Source: Candidatus Bathyarchaeota archaeon
GTDB taxonomy: Archaea; Thermoproteota; Bathyarchaeia; Bathyarchaeales; Bathycorpusculaceae
DNA: 64,000 nucleotides
NCBI GenBank assembly: GCA_963826715.1
Contig: CAWGYA010000007.1
Span: 128,001 to 192,000, forward strand
Direction of reading: 5' to 3'
A program made the position numbers and the translations under genes. Below the pieces are notes generated by a model. That model saw only the letters and a program-made list of their open reading frames with translations, was not told where the DNA came from and did not search any database. How positions within the stretch are numbered: the stretch's first letter is position 1; every line of letters starts with the position of its first letter. This document shows positions 9,329 to 19,671 of the stretch, in pieces.

Positions 9329-10285
9329 TTAAGTCAGCGTCGTTTTGATGTTTGTCATCTTGGCAACAGCGTTGGAGCGAAGAACACCTAGCCCAAAGCG
9401 GGTGGTGCCTCTAATGCCTGAATTGCCTGTCTTAGAATCATACCAGTCCTCAACAGTAACATCCCTGCGAAGCAGCATAACGGATGCTACTCGAGTGTCA
9501 ATTGCATATGCTGTGCCGTTGGGGATCTCGGTGCTAGCCTGAACCTTCATGCCCAGAATTGTACCTATGGAGCCTTGGTCTATGTCGGTTTGAGTGCTCG
9601 GCAGCATAACGCCGTTTCTAAAGTTCTCATCATTAAGTAACTGATGCAGCTGCATTTCATTGATCGCTAACACGTTAGGCTTCCAATTCGCACTACGAAC
9701 CGCATAATGCAAAGACAAAAGCTGCGCCCAACTAAACACTGCACCGCTACCAGCAAGCACAGCACCAGTCGCCAAATCAGCATCTGCAATAGCAGCATAA
9801 AGCGAGATGATCTTCTGGGTCTCCTTAACGGCAACTGCTCTGCCTACGTTTCCCACCATGCGGTCCATGACGTTCCAGGTGGCGTCTTCATCAAACTCCT
9901 TGGTCCACTGATCGCCAGACTCAACGGTGATGTTTGTGCTGACATCTACCTTGCCGGGTTTTTTACCACTTAAGCGCACGACTGCGCCTTCAGCGTATTG
10001 ATAAGCAACCGCTCCCTCATCGAGCGGAAAACGCTCCAGAGCCTCACTAGTAGGTGTGACATTGATGATGCCTCTGCCGATGAGTTCTGGCCATGCAGCC
10101 TCAACCATTGTGTCATGTACTCGCCCCAAAGCGTTTGCAGAGTCGCTAAAAAAGCCCTCTTTTACACCCACCGCAACATAGCGCTTAAGAAACGGATTGA
10201 CCTCAAGCTTGCGTTTTAGGTCTTCGTAGACGCGCTTTTGCTCGCAGTCACGCTGTTGAAGAGCTTCGTATAGTTTAGGTTTCAT
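9329..10285 (-). CDS. Major capsid protein, HK97 fold
   Basis: AEGA, GTILGMKVQAS, RFGLGVLRSNAV; probable start ATG 10285 (MKPKLYEAL). Confidence 0.85.
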   Translation of the reverse strand: MKPKLYEALQQRDCEQKRVYEDLKRKLEVNPFLKRYVAVGVKEGFFSDSANALGRVHDTMVEAAWPELIGRGIINVTPTSEALERFPLDEGAVAYQYAEGAVVRLSGKKPGKVDVSTNITVESGDQWTKEFDEDATWNVMDRMVGNVGRAVAVKETQKIISLYAAIADADLATGAVLAGSGAVFSWAQLLSLHYAVRSANWKPNVLAINEMQLHQLLNDENFRNGVMLPSTQTDIDQGSIGTILGMKVQASTEIPNGTAYAIDTRVASVMLLRRDVTVEDWYDSKTGNSGIRGTTRFGLGVLRSNAVAKMTNIKTTLT

Positions 10286-10289
10286 CCGA

Positions 10290-10718
10290 TCACTTCTCCA
10301 CTTCGATAAATAGCAAGTCACCGTCAAGAGTAGTGGTTTGCAGAGCGGTTCCAAGTTTGCGGTTGTAGAACACGGTGTAGGTTGCTGCGCCGCCTTCATC
10401 GACTGCCTGGTCTACTAAGGGGGCGACTTTGTTTGCTGCTGCACTGCAGACTGCCTTTCCACGTGTTATTGCTCCGTTTGCGGTGACTTTGACTCTGCCA
10501 CTAGTGAGGACGGGGCACATCTCACCGATTGCTACGGTTTTTGTTGCTATGCCAATAGCGTCATCTCCGCCTGGGCTGGGTGAGACTTTGTCGTCACTGC
10601 TCAAATAGACGGGTGCGCCTTTGGTGATTGCTGCCTCAGCCTCAAAAGACTCTATGATAGCCGTGGGGTCGTCGGAATCTCCTGCATCCATCCAAGTTTT
10701 GCCTGTTTTATCAGCCAT
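10290..10718 (-). CDS. Capsid cement/decoration protein (DUF2190-like)
   Basis: AEAAITKGAPV, AIGIA, GRVKVTANGAITRGKAV. Confidence 0.75.
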   Translation of the reverse strand: MADKTGKTWMDAGDSDDPTAIIESFEAEAAITKGAPVYLSSDDKVSPSPGGDDAIGIATKTVAIGEMCPVLTSGRVKVTANGAITRGKAVCSAAANKVAPLVDQAVDEGGAATYTVFYNRKLGTALQTTTLDGDLLFIEVEK

Positions 10719-10797
10719 ACAAAATCAAATCGAATGTTTGGTTTGAATTTCCCAAAGTTCGTCCTTTGGTACTTTTCCTCATAGAAATGAGCATAAA

Positions 10798-11553
10798 CTA
10801 GGAACCTCCGGCTAGCCGCCCTTTAGCTACAAAAAGCGCTGCTCTTACAGCTTGGGCTTGCCGCTGCATACCCATGCTAGACCTCTCCACCACCAAAGGA
10901 GGAAGCAGCCCTTCCAAAATGGTGATGTGTTCTGAGACTGGCATCATCTTTGACGGATCTTTAAGCAAGCCTCCACCTGGAAGTTGTTTTCGAAGGTCCT
11001 CGATTACTTTTTCAGATTCAGAGAGCTTGCCTTCGGTTTGGGTCAGCTTTTCGTGTAGCTGCTTATCCTCGACCTCCTCGATTACCTTAATGTTGGTTTC
11101 TTGGACGCCAGGGACCGCTACGAGCGATAGCTCGGGATTGAAAAGGCCATGAGGCACCTTAGCATCCACCACATCAAGCGTATCGTAGTCAGCGCCGACA
11201 CTAACGTGCTGAATCAGGCCGTTGCGTATTTTGTCGGCTATGGTTTGGTCGTAAATCTCAGCCTCATAGAGCAAACAACGGCTAGCCGAATCATAATTGC
11301 ACTTGGTAACTTTTCCTGCAGCAGTCTCGACGGCGACATGCTCGATGTAGACTGGAGCATTAACCAGCTTCTCAGCAAAAACCGTAAGCTCATTTGGCGT
11401 GTAAACGTTAAAGTTACGAGACATACCCGCAGCCATAGCGATGCCACCAATCTTTAGAGGCTTGTCATCTGCTGATTCTAAAATTTTGAAGGGTAAAAGA
11501 GAGGCTACATGCTCTTTGACGTGTCTGCAACCATCACAGGTTTGTATTGCCAT
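10798..11553 (-). CDS. Prohead maturation protease with C-terminal scaffold coiled coil
   Basis: SRNFNVYT, PVYIEH, HVSVG, ELSLVAVPG. Confidence 0.8.
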   Translation of the reverse strand: MAIQTCDGCRHVKEHVASLLPFKILESADDKPLKIGGIAMAAGMSRNFNVYTPNELTVFAEKLVNAPVYIEHVAVETAAGKVTKCNYDSASRCLLYEAEIYDQTIADKIRNGLIQHVSVGADYDTLDVVDAKVPHGLFNPELSLVAVPGVQETNIKVIEEVEDKQLHEKLTQTEGKLSESEKVIEDLRKQLPGGGLLKDPSKMMPVSEHITILEGLLPPLVVERSSMGMQRQAQAVRAALFVAKGRLAGGS

Positions 11554-11590
11554 ATAGGCAAAAGAGGCTTATTTTGCTGAAAAAGGCTGT

Positions 11591-11626
11591 TGTTAAGCCT
11601 TGTTAAAGATTAACAATAATTGTTAA
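11591..11626. promoter_or_regulatory. Phased TGTTAA repeats and palindrome, probable operator of the divergent promoters
   Basis: TGTTAA at 11591, 11601, 11621 and TTAACA at 11610. Confidence 0.55.
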
Positions 11627-11660
11627 ATACAGACAGGCAAGTGATAACTTTGTAAGAAAG

Positions 11661-11804
11661 ATGAAAAAACATCCAGTCAGCATCGCCCTTTCCAATCGTA
11701 TTCTGCAGAGGATAGACCAAGAGGCATCAAAGCAAAAACGCTCAAGAAGTGAATATGTTGAGTTATTCTTCGAAGAAGCCCTCTTTTCACAAAAACAGAA
11801 TTAA
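11661..11804 (+). CDS. Ribbon-helix-helix (CopG-like) regulator, 47 aa
   Basis: Manual translation MKKHPVSIALSNRILQRIDQEASKQKRSRSEYVELFF. Confidence 0.8.
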   Translation: MKKHPVSIALSNRILQRIDQEASKQKRSRSEYVELFFEEALFSQKQN

Positions 11805-11894
11805 TCTATCAAGACAAAATGTCGCTGGCTAATTAACCCTAAAACAGCTTTGTCTATTGAACCTCAAGCCCAAAAAAAGAAGATAGAAAGAATC

Positions 11895-13205
11895 TTAACT
11901 AGTCTTTTTGGCTTTCATCTCGGGGATTTGATAAAGTCTTACGTCTTTAACTTCAATTTGCCTAATTGCAGCAATATCTTTGTGAAGTTGTCCAACGCCG
12001 GATTTTAACACACTTAGATTTCCGCCAACTGCATGATACATCACCTTTTCAGCTGCCTTGCGGTTTACAGCACCAGTCAGCATTCTTTTTCCCGCGATAT
12101 TCCATACTATATTATTCCAAGGGTCATTTGATAAGTCTCTAGGAATCTTCGAAACCCTCTCTACAGCTTTTTCTAAAGATAGCTTTTCATGTTCGATTAA
12201 CAAGCGAACGATTTTTACGTAAATCAGAAGACCAATAGGTCTAAAAATGATATTTCCACCATCAACGTGTCTATATTTAACTGCAATTTCGTCCTCAGGA
12301 TTGCTATCACAAACCTCTTCTAATTCATTAAAGTATTTGCAGAATGCATCCCACAAGGCAATGGAAGATGCATATAATTCATTTACTTTTTCTTCGCCAG
12401 GGTAAAAACGTTTGAATTGATCCCAACCGGATTTTGGTTTTTCTATAAGGTAAGTATTTAATGCTTCATAAAGTGTGTTAATATTAGTTAAGGCTTGTTT
12501 GTCGCTAGACGACATACTTGACATGCTTGAAGAATTAGACAAAGACAATTTTCCATCAGAGAATAAGGCGTATTCTTCTATTAGTCTTCTAGTAATTATT
12601 GCAATTGCATCGTCTTCATCCAGGGTAATTATTGCTTTTTTGCTGACTGGTTTTGCATACCTATTTAAGGTACTAAAAAGCCGTCTTGTTCTTTGGAAAC
12701 CGGACGGGTCCTTAAGTCTTTCCGAGACCTCAATACCTTTCACTATTATTATTGGAATCTCCTCATGACCGAGTTCTGGATGATCTTTAATAGTAATTCT
12801 AATACCTTCAACTCTATGCTGCCCATCGATTGCAAAAAGTTTCTCTTTACCTGTAAAAGTAAGAAAACCTAGTATTCCTTCGAAATCTTCAGAAGCGCTA
12901 ACACCAGTATCCAATGGGCCCTCAAGTTTTATTTCTGTCCACTGTGGATCGCCAGCACATGTTCCAATAACTAAAGAGTTAAAGAAGCGCTGTGGTTGCG
13001 ACACTAAATATTCTTTGATTTTTATTGCACGCTGACCTTGAAGATCTCTTTGCAAAAGTTCTTCCAAGATCTTACTATCATAAAGAGTTTGAGCTCGAGA
13101 GATTCTATTGGCAATCGCTTCCATTTTCATGTAGGTGATATAATAAATCCAGTCTCCCATATTTGCTCTTAAGGCTGGTAGAACTAAGGGTTTTGATGAA
13201 CTCAA
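11895..13205 (-). CDS. DGQHR-domain protein (DndB-like, ParB superfamily)
   Basis: LQRDL, AIDGQHR, F..LNRYAKPV. Confidence 0.85.
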   Translation of the reverse strand: MSSSKPLVLPALRANMGDWIYYITYMKMEAIANRISRAQTLYDSKILEELLQRDLQGQRAIKIKEYLVSQPQRFFNSLVIGTCAGDPQWTEIKLEGPLDTGVSASEDFEGILGFLTFTGKEKLFAIDGQHRVEGIRITIKDHPELGHEEIPIIIVKGIEVSERLKDPSGFQRTRRLFSTLNRYAKPVSKKAIITLDEDDAIAIITRRLIEEYALFSDGKLSLSNSSSMSSMSSSDKQALTNINTLYEALNTYLIEKPKSGWDQFKRFYPGEEKVNELYASSIALWDAFCKYFNELEEVCDSNPEDEIAVKYRHVDGGNIIFRPIGLLIYVKIVRLLIEHEKLSLEKAVERVSKIPRDLSNDPWNNIVWNIAGKRMLTGAVNRKAAEKVMYHAVGGNLSVLKSGVGQLHKDIAAIRQIEVKDVRLYQIPEMKAKKTS

Positions 13206-13684
13206 GTAAATGCCCTCCTTGCTTGACCCATTGATCCTTTTATTTTAGTGTTTAACGGAGGTTGATAAGCGTCCGTAAGCTCGTCCTCCAATTGTACTGC
13301 TTCTTCCTTCTTGGCTTTAATATAATAGAAGCAAATAAACCCATCATATAAATTAAGAAAAACAAATACTTTGGGTCGACCAGTCACGCGTTTTTCAGAA
13401 GTCAAATATTCATGAAATCTACTTCTTAGCGATTTTTCCTCTTTTCCAACATACATCAAATAGGAACAAGCCGGATGATTAGCTATGCCGGGCTGAAGAA
13501 CAAGGGTATAGACACCTGGTTCGTTAGGTATTTGATCTTTCTTAGAAAAATCGAGCTTTTGACCATGCCATTCGTGAGTTAAGGTATATTTTTTCCAGGT
13601 ATCGGGGCAAAGCAAAAAATGCCTGCTCCAGCCACATGCCTTCAAGTAATCATTCAATATGTCGGCGAGCTCTGGCTTACTCAT
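13202..13684 (-). CDS. GIY-YIG nuclease
   Basis: PGVY...MYVGK...LRSRF.EY...LE..L...YQPPLN. Confidence 0.8.
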   Translation of the reverse strand: MSKPELADILNDYLKACGWSRHFLLCPDTWKKYTLTHEWHGQKLDFSKKDQIPNEPGVYTLVLQPGIANHPACSYLMYVGKEEKSLRSRFHEYLTSEKRVTGRPKVFVFLNLYDGFICFYYIKAKKEEAVQLEDELTDAYQPPLNTKIKGSMGQARRAFT

Positions 13685-13801
13685 AACCTCATCATTCAGC
13701 GTTACTTATTATTTTGTCTTTCGCGCATACCAAATAACCTATTAAACACTCTATTGAAGCTTCAGATAATATCCTACTTTGCTAGGGCTAAAATATCTCC
13801 T

Positions 13802-15352
13802 TTAAAATTTGGTTTGAGAAAGCAACTTATCCGATTTGTTCAATCTTTGCAAGATTAAGATGATTTTTTCAGTTTCATTATCCGGCAAGACTTCTAAGCA
13901 CTTAGTCAAATACTTTTGTTCAGCCTTCTCTTCGCCAATTCGCTTAAATGCTGAAGCCAAATTCCAAAGAATACCAAAATGCTCCATTGGGCTGGATAAA
14001 CTCGGAGTTTTCTCTTCCGCTTCTCTGAAATAGTTCCAAGCGGCCTCTTTGAAGCCCATTTGCCATTCTGCCTCTCCGATATTCTTCAGACCCACAGCCA
14101 CCATGTACTCATTACCGCTTTTTTCATATTCAACAAGTGCCTTTTTCATGTAACCGATCATAAGCTTGAATCGCTTATTATGCCTACATATGATTGCATT
14201 ATTTTCAAGAATTATGCCTTTTTCAAGAGTTGTCAAGTTACTGGATTTTAATAGTTCGTTGTTTAGCGTTATTGACTGTAGAAAAAGTCCTTGCTCTTGA
14301 AGAGAAATAGCGCACATACCTATCAGGAAGTTGACCTGCTTCTCAGGTTCTAGTAGAGTTAATAATAATTCTCTTGCTTTCGACGCATCCACAAAATTAT
14401 ATTTGAATGGATAACCTTTTGCAATGAGGCTCTTTCTTATTTCTATGTCTTGATTTTGGAACCATTCCTGGGCAATAATGGAGGAAACTTGCCTATAGAA
14501 GACTTCAAAAAGTAAAGTAAACTGCCCGCTTTCAGCGCACAAGTATTTGTGATATTTTTCTCTTAAAAGGAAGTTCTGCTTTGAAATTACATCATTGCAC
14601 TCTTCTCTAAAGGAAATAAAATCCTCAACATATTCAGGCATTATAGGGCTAATTGCAGCGTTGTGACGGATCATTTCCACAGCGATGGGGTTTGATTCCC
14701 AGTATTCCTTGTCTGCTTTTGACAACTGCAAAGCAGGAGAAGTTGTGTCTGTTTTAGGCAGCTCCTGTGAACTAAAAATAGTCGCAATTGATTTAACTCG
14801 ATCGTCAACTTTTTGCCTTTTTATCGGAGCCGGCTCTACCTCATAAAAAGCGTCTGGAACATATTCGTGAATTATTCGTTGCAGATGTCTGCGGGTGTAA
14901 TCATCGTTTTCTTCAACCGATAATGGCTTCTCTATTAAATCCTCTAACTTGAAGCCTTCGGGTCTAAACATTGAAAGCAGGAAAGCTTTGGTTAGAGTTA
15001 ATCTTTGTCTTTTTAGTTTCGGGGTTGTTCTTGTCTTTTTGAGAACATATCGATAAAACCCGGGTATGCAAGCTCTTTTGGAGAGCAGTAAACCTATTTG
15101 TCTTCCGAAGTCATTGAGTTCATTTTGCCATTTAGGACTTGCTCTATCTAATGCACCGATGTATCTTTCAAGATATCGTTGACTAATCCGATCAAAAGAA
15201 GTCATTATTGAATTTGCTATTTTGTCTCTTTCAATCTTTTCTTCTTCTGTTAGTCTGGCATCCTCTTCCTTTGGATAAAAAAAGGGAGGCCTTTTGCCTC
15301 CGGGATTATCTTTTTCCATGGTTTCCTGCTCTGGAATAGTGGTATGCTGCAT
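13802..15352 (-). CDS. Protein with C-terminal TPR-like repeats
   Basis: Helical repeats (LKNIGEAEWQMG, LWNLASAFKRIG). Confidence 0.6.
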   Translation of the reverse strand: MQHTTIPEQETMEKDNPGGKRPPFFYPKEEDARLTEEEKIERDKIANSIMTSFDRISQRYLERYIGALDRASPKWQNELNDFGRQIGLLLSKRACIPGFYRYVLKKTRTTPKLKRQRLTLTKAFLLSMFRPEGFKLEDLIEKPLSVEENDDYTRRHLQRIIHEYVPDAFYEVEPAPIKRQKVDDRVKSIATIFSSQELPKTDTTSPALQLSKADKEYWESNPIAVEMIRHNAAISPIMPEYVEDFISFREECNDVISKQNFLLREKYHKYLCAESGQFTLLFEVFYRQVSSIIAQEWFQNQDIEIRKSLIAKGYPFKYNFVDASKARELLLTLLEPEKQVNFLIGMCAISLQEQGLFLQSITLNNELLKSSNLTTLEKGIILENNAIICRHNKRFKLMIGYMKKALVEYEKSGNEYMVAVGLKNIGEAEWQMGFKEAAWNYFREAEEKTPSLSSPMEHFGILWNLASAFKRIGEEKAEQKYLTKCLEVLPDNETEKIILILQRLNKSDKLLSQTKF

Positions 15353-15543
15353 TATTGGAGTTGAGTTGATTGGCTGTATTGTTTTGGGCCGCTCTGTACT
15401 CCGAGCTAGTGGGGTTTAGGACTGTTGATCTTTGATCGTTTGGGGTTGGTTTATCGGTCATTTTATCACTGATTCCTTATAGAGCGCTAATTTTCTTAAA
15501 TAAAAATCGGACATAGAATCACTATATCTCAATTTTGCCTGCT

Positions 15544-16113
15544 TTAGGTTCCATTAAATGCATTATCGCAACCAACGGCATAAGGACAAACGATATCTAA
15601 CTGCTTAATCGGTCCGCCATTTTTCTTTTTGTAGAATCCCGCCAGTCGAATATTATAGTCGCAAATGGATCCCGCAAGTTCTCCACTGGTCACTTTCCAG
15701 CTTGTGCGATGTTTGCTTGTGTTAATAGCAGTGACAATTTCGATAGCAGTATCTTTCATACTCTCTTTATCCACATCACTGAGTTCTGCAAGTCCCTTTT
15801 TATCTCCAAATTGAGGATGAGAGTGAAAATCACCCACATATTCAAGGTGCATCAATCGGGGAATAGCTTCTTGTATCTTAATCTTTTTCTTTGGATGAGG
15901 TGCCACTTCACTATACGTTCGTTTAGCAACTGCCTGAAAAGGAACTGCATGTTCTACTATGATTTTTCCTTGCGACTTAATGCCTAATAGAATACCGAGA
16001 CATTCCTTCTTGTAAACTTCGATCGAAGAAAGCACTATTCCAACAAAGGCTTTATCGGATAGAATAATCCGAGTCTTACCGTAAACCGGCAATTTATCAC
16101 CGATTTTAATCAA
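15544..16113 (-). CDS. JAB/MPN (JAMM) metalloprotease
   Basis: KECLGILLG, VGDFHSHP, LSDVD. Confidence 0.85.
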   Translation of the reverse strand: MIKIGDKLPVYGKTRIILSDKAFVGIVLSSIEVYKKECLGILLGIKSQGKIIVEHAVPFQAVAKRTYSEVAPHPKKKIKIQEAIPRLMHLEYVGDFHSHPQFGDKKGLAELSDVDKESMKDTAIEIVTAINTSKHRTSWKVTSGELAGSICDYNIRLAGFYKKKNGGPIKQLDIVCPYAVGCDNAFNGT

Positions 16114-16179
16114 TCGGTTTCAATTTAAGGCTTTGCAGATTAACGAATACTTAATTGCTAACTATTGAATTGACTTATT

Positions 16180-16691
16180 ACACGGGTAGGAAAGTTCACA
16201 TCTGTTATAATCAAGCAACCAAAGAAGTGTACAAATAGCGAGTTAGACATATTCTTCGATTTACTCATGAAGGGAGGCGAGGTTGAAAAGCGAACTGCGG
16301 CTAGCGGAATTAGACGGGCGGAGTTTCTTGCATTCAACTTATGAGAAGAATATTCTAGCAGATCGCAGCAATAAAACAGCCAACAGAGACATATAGAGAA
16401 AGTATATTTCGGAAGGCAAATGCAAACGAGCAGGGGATTAATTACAACCGTGAACTTGGGTATATAGTCACGAATGAGGCGTATAGAGGACGCCGGATAT
16501 GCTCTAATCTGATTGACCAATTGTTGGAAAGATGCCCAGTCAATCTCTATGCAACTACAAAAACAGCAAACATAGTCATGCAGACGGCGTTGGAACACAA
16601 TGGTTTTCGGAAGATAGGCAGTCAATATAAGGGAAGACTAAATCATAGTAAACAGGATTACCAATTACAATTATATATTAGGAATATTTAG
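16180..16691 (+). pseudogene. Frameshifted GNAT acetyltransferase
   Basis: Frame 1 IIKQPKKC...GGEVE...RAEFLAF*; another frame IAAIKQP...ELGYIVTNEAYRGRRICS...LEHNGF; start approximate. Confidence 0.6.
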
Positions 16692-16724
16692 CCTTAAAGC
16701 GATTCCTAGTTCCGTTCAGAAAAG

Positions 16725-17872
16725 TTAGACCACGCTCATCAATTTCTCAAACCATTCCTCTTTTCCAAAGCGTTCTTGCATGTCTATAAGTTTTTTGCAG
16801 TTAAATTGATCTGGACAGGTAGAACACTGAAAGTGTTTCCGCTTAACTTGTTCTAATAAAATTTTTTTCAGCCGTTCATTCTGGATTTGCTTGGAATAAT
16901 TCGTGAATGGAGTTAAGAGAAATCCTCTATAACTTTGCATTTCAGCAAGAAAGAAGTCTTCCAGCTCAAACTCTTCCTTTTCACCTTTACCCATTTTTTC
17001 TTTTTTTAACGCAACCTCATATCTTTTTGCCAGTTCCTCAACAACAGTTAGATGGAACTGCTCGCCTATTTTCCCAAGAGTAATAGCCGATATCTGCGTA
17101 TATTGCCATAAGAAGCAGGTAAAAGACGATATCACCGGTTTGAACCGATAGATTGTAGACTTTTTTGAATTCCGATTGTTCAAAATACACAAAAGGAGTT
17201 ATTTCAGACCCAGGTTGGAAGTCTCTCAAGTTGGTATGGATATAGCTAGAAAGCTGATCATAAGTGAAATGTATCAATTCCGAGCGTTTATAATCATCAT
17301 ACTTTAAGCCATCCAGCCACAAATAGTCAAGACTATCAGGCAGGTTACCAATTCCGCTAATATGTCTAAATTTTTAATCCGATTGGAAAAATCTTTATCG
17401 TGCATCCATTTGGTTAATTTCTTATCTGGTTTTTTTTAACTCAAAATCAGTATATTCCAAAAACTCCATAAATTCCTCATAACTCATGCTTTGTCCCTTA
17501 TGGGTTTCATTTCCTGTCAGCATTGATTTATCATCGATTGCCACAAAAGCTTTAACGACTGTTTCTAGCATCCATCTAAGCGTTCTGGCTGCGGAATCGT
17601 AAGCTCCCACCAACTATCATTAACACTACTCCATTGAACTCTCTCGAAACTATTCTCGTAAGGTTAGCAGAAAGTGACTGATTATCTAAAAAAGGGTCAT
17701 TTTAGTCTATGTAGTCCCCGCACTTGCTACGATACATTGATGGGATCTTTGTCTCTAACCATTCATACAAGTAATTTATTTTCTGCAATAACGCAATGCG
17801 CTTTTTATTGCCTTTTACTTTTTGCGTGTCATTAAAAACATGGATAAAGTGCTCAGGAAGCTTTGTCGGCAT
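16725..17872 (-). pseudogene. Degraded paralogue of 19672..20823
   Basis: Fragments MPTKLPEHFIHVF, GAYDSAARTLRWMLE, YDQLSSYIHTNLRDF, CSTCPDQFNCK in different frames. Confidence 0.85.
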
Positions 17873-17999
17873 AGAAAAATATAGCTTTATTTTTGTTTTT
17901 AAAACTAATTGTATAACAAGACTAGCTTGCGTTTAGCTGATTTCTTAATTGAAGGCAATCGCTAATATTTACGAAGATTTCACTCAATCTTTTCAGCCG

Positions 18000-18491
18000 C
18001 TATCTGTTGTACCATATTTTGTTTTTTCGGCGTAGTCTTAAGAGTTGATCTTTTTGTGTGGAAGTAGCGTAAATATATTTGTAGACTTCAATGTCGTCCA
18101 TTAAGCCATTAGCTCTCCTTACGTATACATCAGGAAGGCTTTGACCACTTTTTGAGATATCTTCTTTTAACACCAAAAATTTTTCCTTAGCGTTGACTCT
18201 GCTTAGGAAAAAAAGCGCTTCATTTGCTGTAGAAATTTTCCCTGATGGATAAAAACTACCTTCGGTCCATTTATAGCATTTACATTCACCAACAATATTT
18301 CCGTCGTCTGATACTAAATCGAATTCATGTCGCATCGGAGACCCGTCATCCCTTCTTCCGATTACAAGTGATTTTCTGGATAATTTCCAACCTTTGGCGG
18401 CTTCAAAGGCAGCTTTGACTTTCTTTTCAAAGCTCACGCTTTCTGATTCCATAGGTAATTTTCTAAACTCTTCGGGGGTAATGTCCACCAT
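18000..18491 (-). CDS. PD-(D/E)XK nuclease-fold protein
   Basis: FE...HEFDLVS...IVGECK. Confidence 0.65.
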   Translation of the reverse strand: MVDITPEEFRKLPMESESVSFEKKVKAAFEAAKGWKLSRKSLVIGRRDDGSPMRHEFDLVSDDGNIVGECKCYKWTEGSFYPSGKISTANEALFFLSRVNAKEKFLVLKEDISKSGQSLPDVYVRRANGLMDDIEVYKYIYATSTQKDQLLRLRRKNKIWYNR

Positions 18492-18603
18492 ATTATCTGA
18501 CCCGTTACAGTTAGCACCTTTTATCGGCTTTAATTCTTATCTACTTCAGGTTTATCTTAAATTTATATAGAACAGCAGCAAGAGCCAAGTGCTAGTTTTT
18601 ACA

Positions 18604-19122
18604 TCAAGTTGTAGGTATAGGTGTAGGCGTTGGAGTGGGTAATACGCTCAATAAAGAGGACGAATCCATAAAGACGACTTGAAGAGTAAGAGTAGCCAGT
18701 AGTATAGTGATGAAGACTATCGGAAGCCAATAGACCAAATTGCGTATCTCAAACCCGGGAATGTCATCGGGATACATTTCGGGGAGATTATCGCTTTTTG
18801 ATAAAGCTTGGGCTTTATCTTTATAGTATTCAATGTATTTGCTACTTCTGTATTGGATAAAGAGCCATACTATACTAAGAAGAATACCTAGAATCACAAC
18901 GAGAAGTTGGAAGATGAATAGCTGAATTGGAATACCGAATGGTTTTTGCGTATATGCTAATGTTAAAAGGCTCATTACAACCAAAAAATAAGTGTTACGA
19001 TTCCAGGTAATACCTGCTTCATGCTCAACTCTGCTTCGGTATAAATTTAATAGCTCCATGCCATCTGGTGTTTTTGTTTCTTGGCCGTCTTGAGGCTGCG
19101 ATTGTTGTGGAGAGTCAGACAT
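18604..19122 (-). CDS. Three-TM membrane protein, possible defence effector
   Basis: EH...TWNRNTYFL before TM helices; island context. Confidence 0.5.
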   Translation of the reverse strand: MSDSPQQSQPQDGQETKTPDGMELLNLYRSRVEHEAGITWNRNTYFLVVMSLLTLAYTQKPFGIPIQLFIFQLLVVILGILLSIVWLFIQYRSSKYIEYYKDKAQALSKSDNLPEMYPDDIPGFEIRNLVYWLPIVFITILLATLTLQVVFMDSSSLLSVLPTPTPTPIPTT

Positions 19123-19671
19123 TGCAATAAGTGTTACCGCTTTTGTGCTTATTTGAATTCCTATAAGCTATTTTCAAGCTCGGCAAGCAGACAGAGTACT
19201 ATCGTTAAATCAGCGTTTTTTTGGTTTTTATACTCATTAAGTGCGTTGAATAGTGCTTTCCTAAGGTTTACTGTGAACCCCGCGAATCTTTGGTCGGAAT
19301 CAAAGAAATACATTGGTTGCCTAGAAAAGATGTTCTAAGAGTCTATTTGCCGCGTTGTTGTCAGAAGTATTCTTTGCGATGTACGCAGTTAAAGCATTTT
19401 TTATAGCTGATACTTCATCTTCATCAAGCCACTCTTGTTTTTTAACGTTTGACAAAGTTAGCCCTCGCACTGTTCAATCGTGTGATAGCTCTCAATTTAA
19501 CTGTTATGCTATACCGTATTCTCATTATCTCTTCGGAAAGGATTTAGTTGATTTCATCAGTTCTTCTAAGGACTTTCTAACGCATCAACTGATTCCCCGA
19601 GCCAAGGAGCATTTTATCATATTTTCATCGCTCGTATGTGCCAATGCAGGTCTCCATAGATAGAACACACT

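Larger units (their letters stand above)
1..11553 (-). mobile_element. Head-neck-tail gene cluster 1 (defective provirus, satellite or GTA-like element); runs off the window start
   Basis: Co-directional protease, cement, MCP, portal, connector, closure, terminator, tail tube, chaperone, gp10-like, tape measure and hub genes; no terminase in view. Confidence 0.85.

Noticed and set aside
10286-10399. N-terminal extension of the MCP in the ORF track
   Set aside because: Overlaps the cement gene; the RBS-like sequence supports ATG 10285
11895-13205. Phosphorothioation (Dnd) system
   Set aside because: No dndA/C/D/E genes in the window
16158-16625. 155-aa minus-strand ORF
   Set aside because: Antisense to a recognisable GNAT pseudogene
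19160-19670. Short minus-strand ORF fragments
   Set aside because: Possibly gene remnants but no recognisable motif
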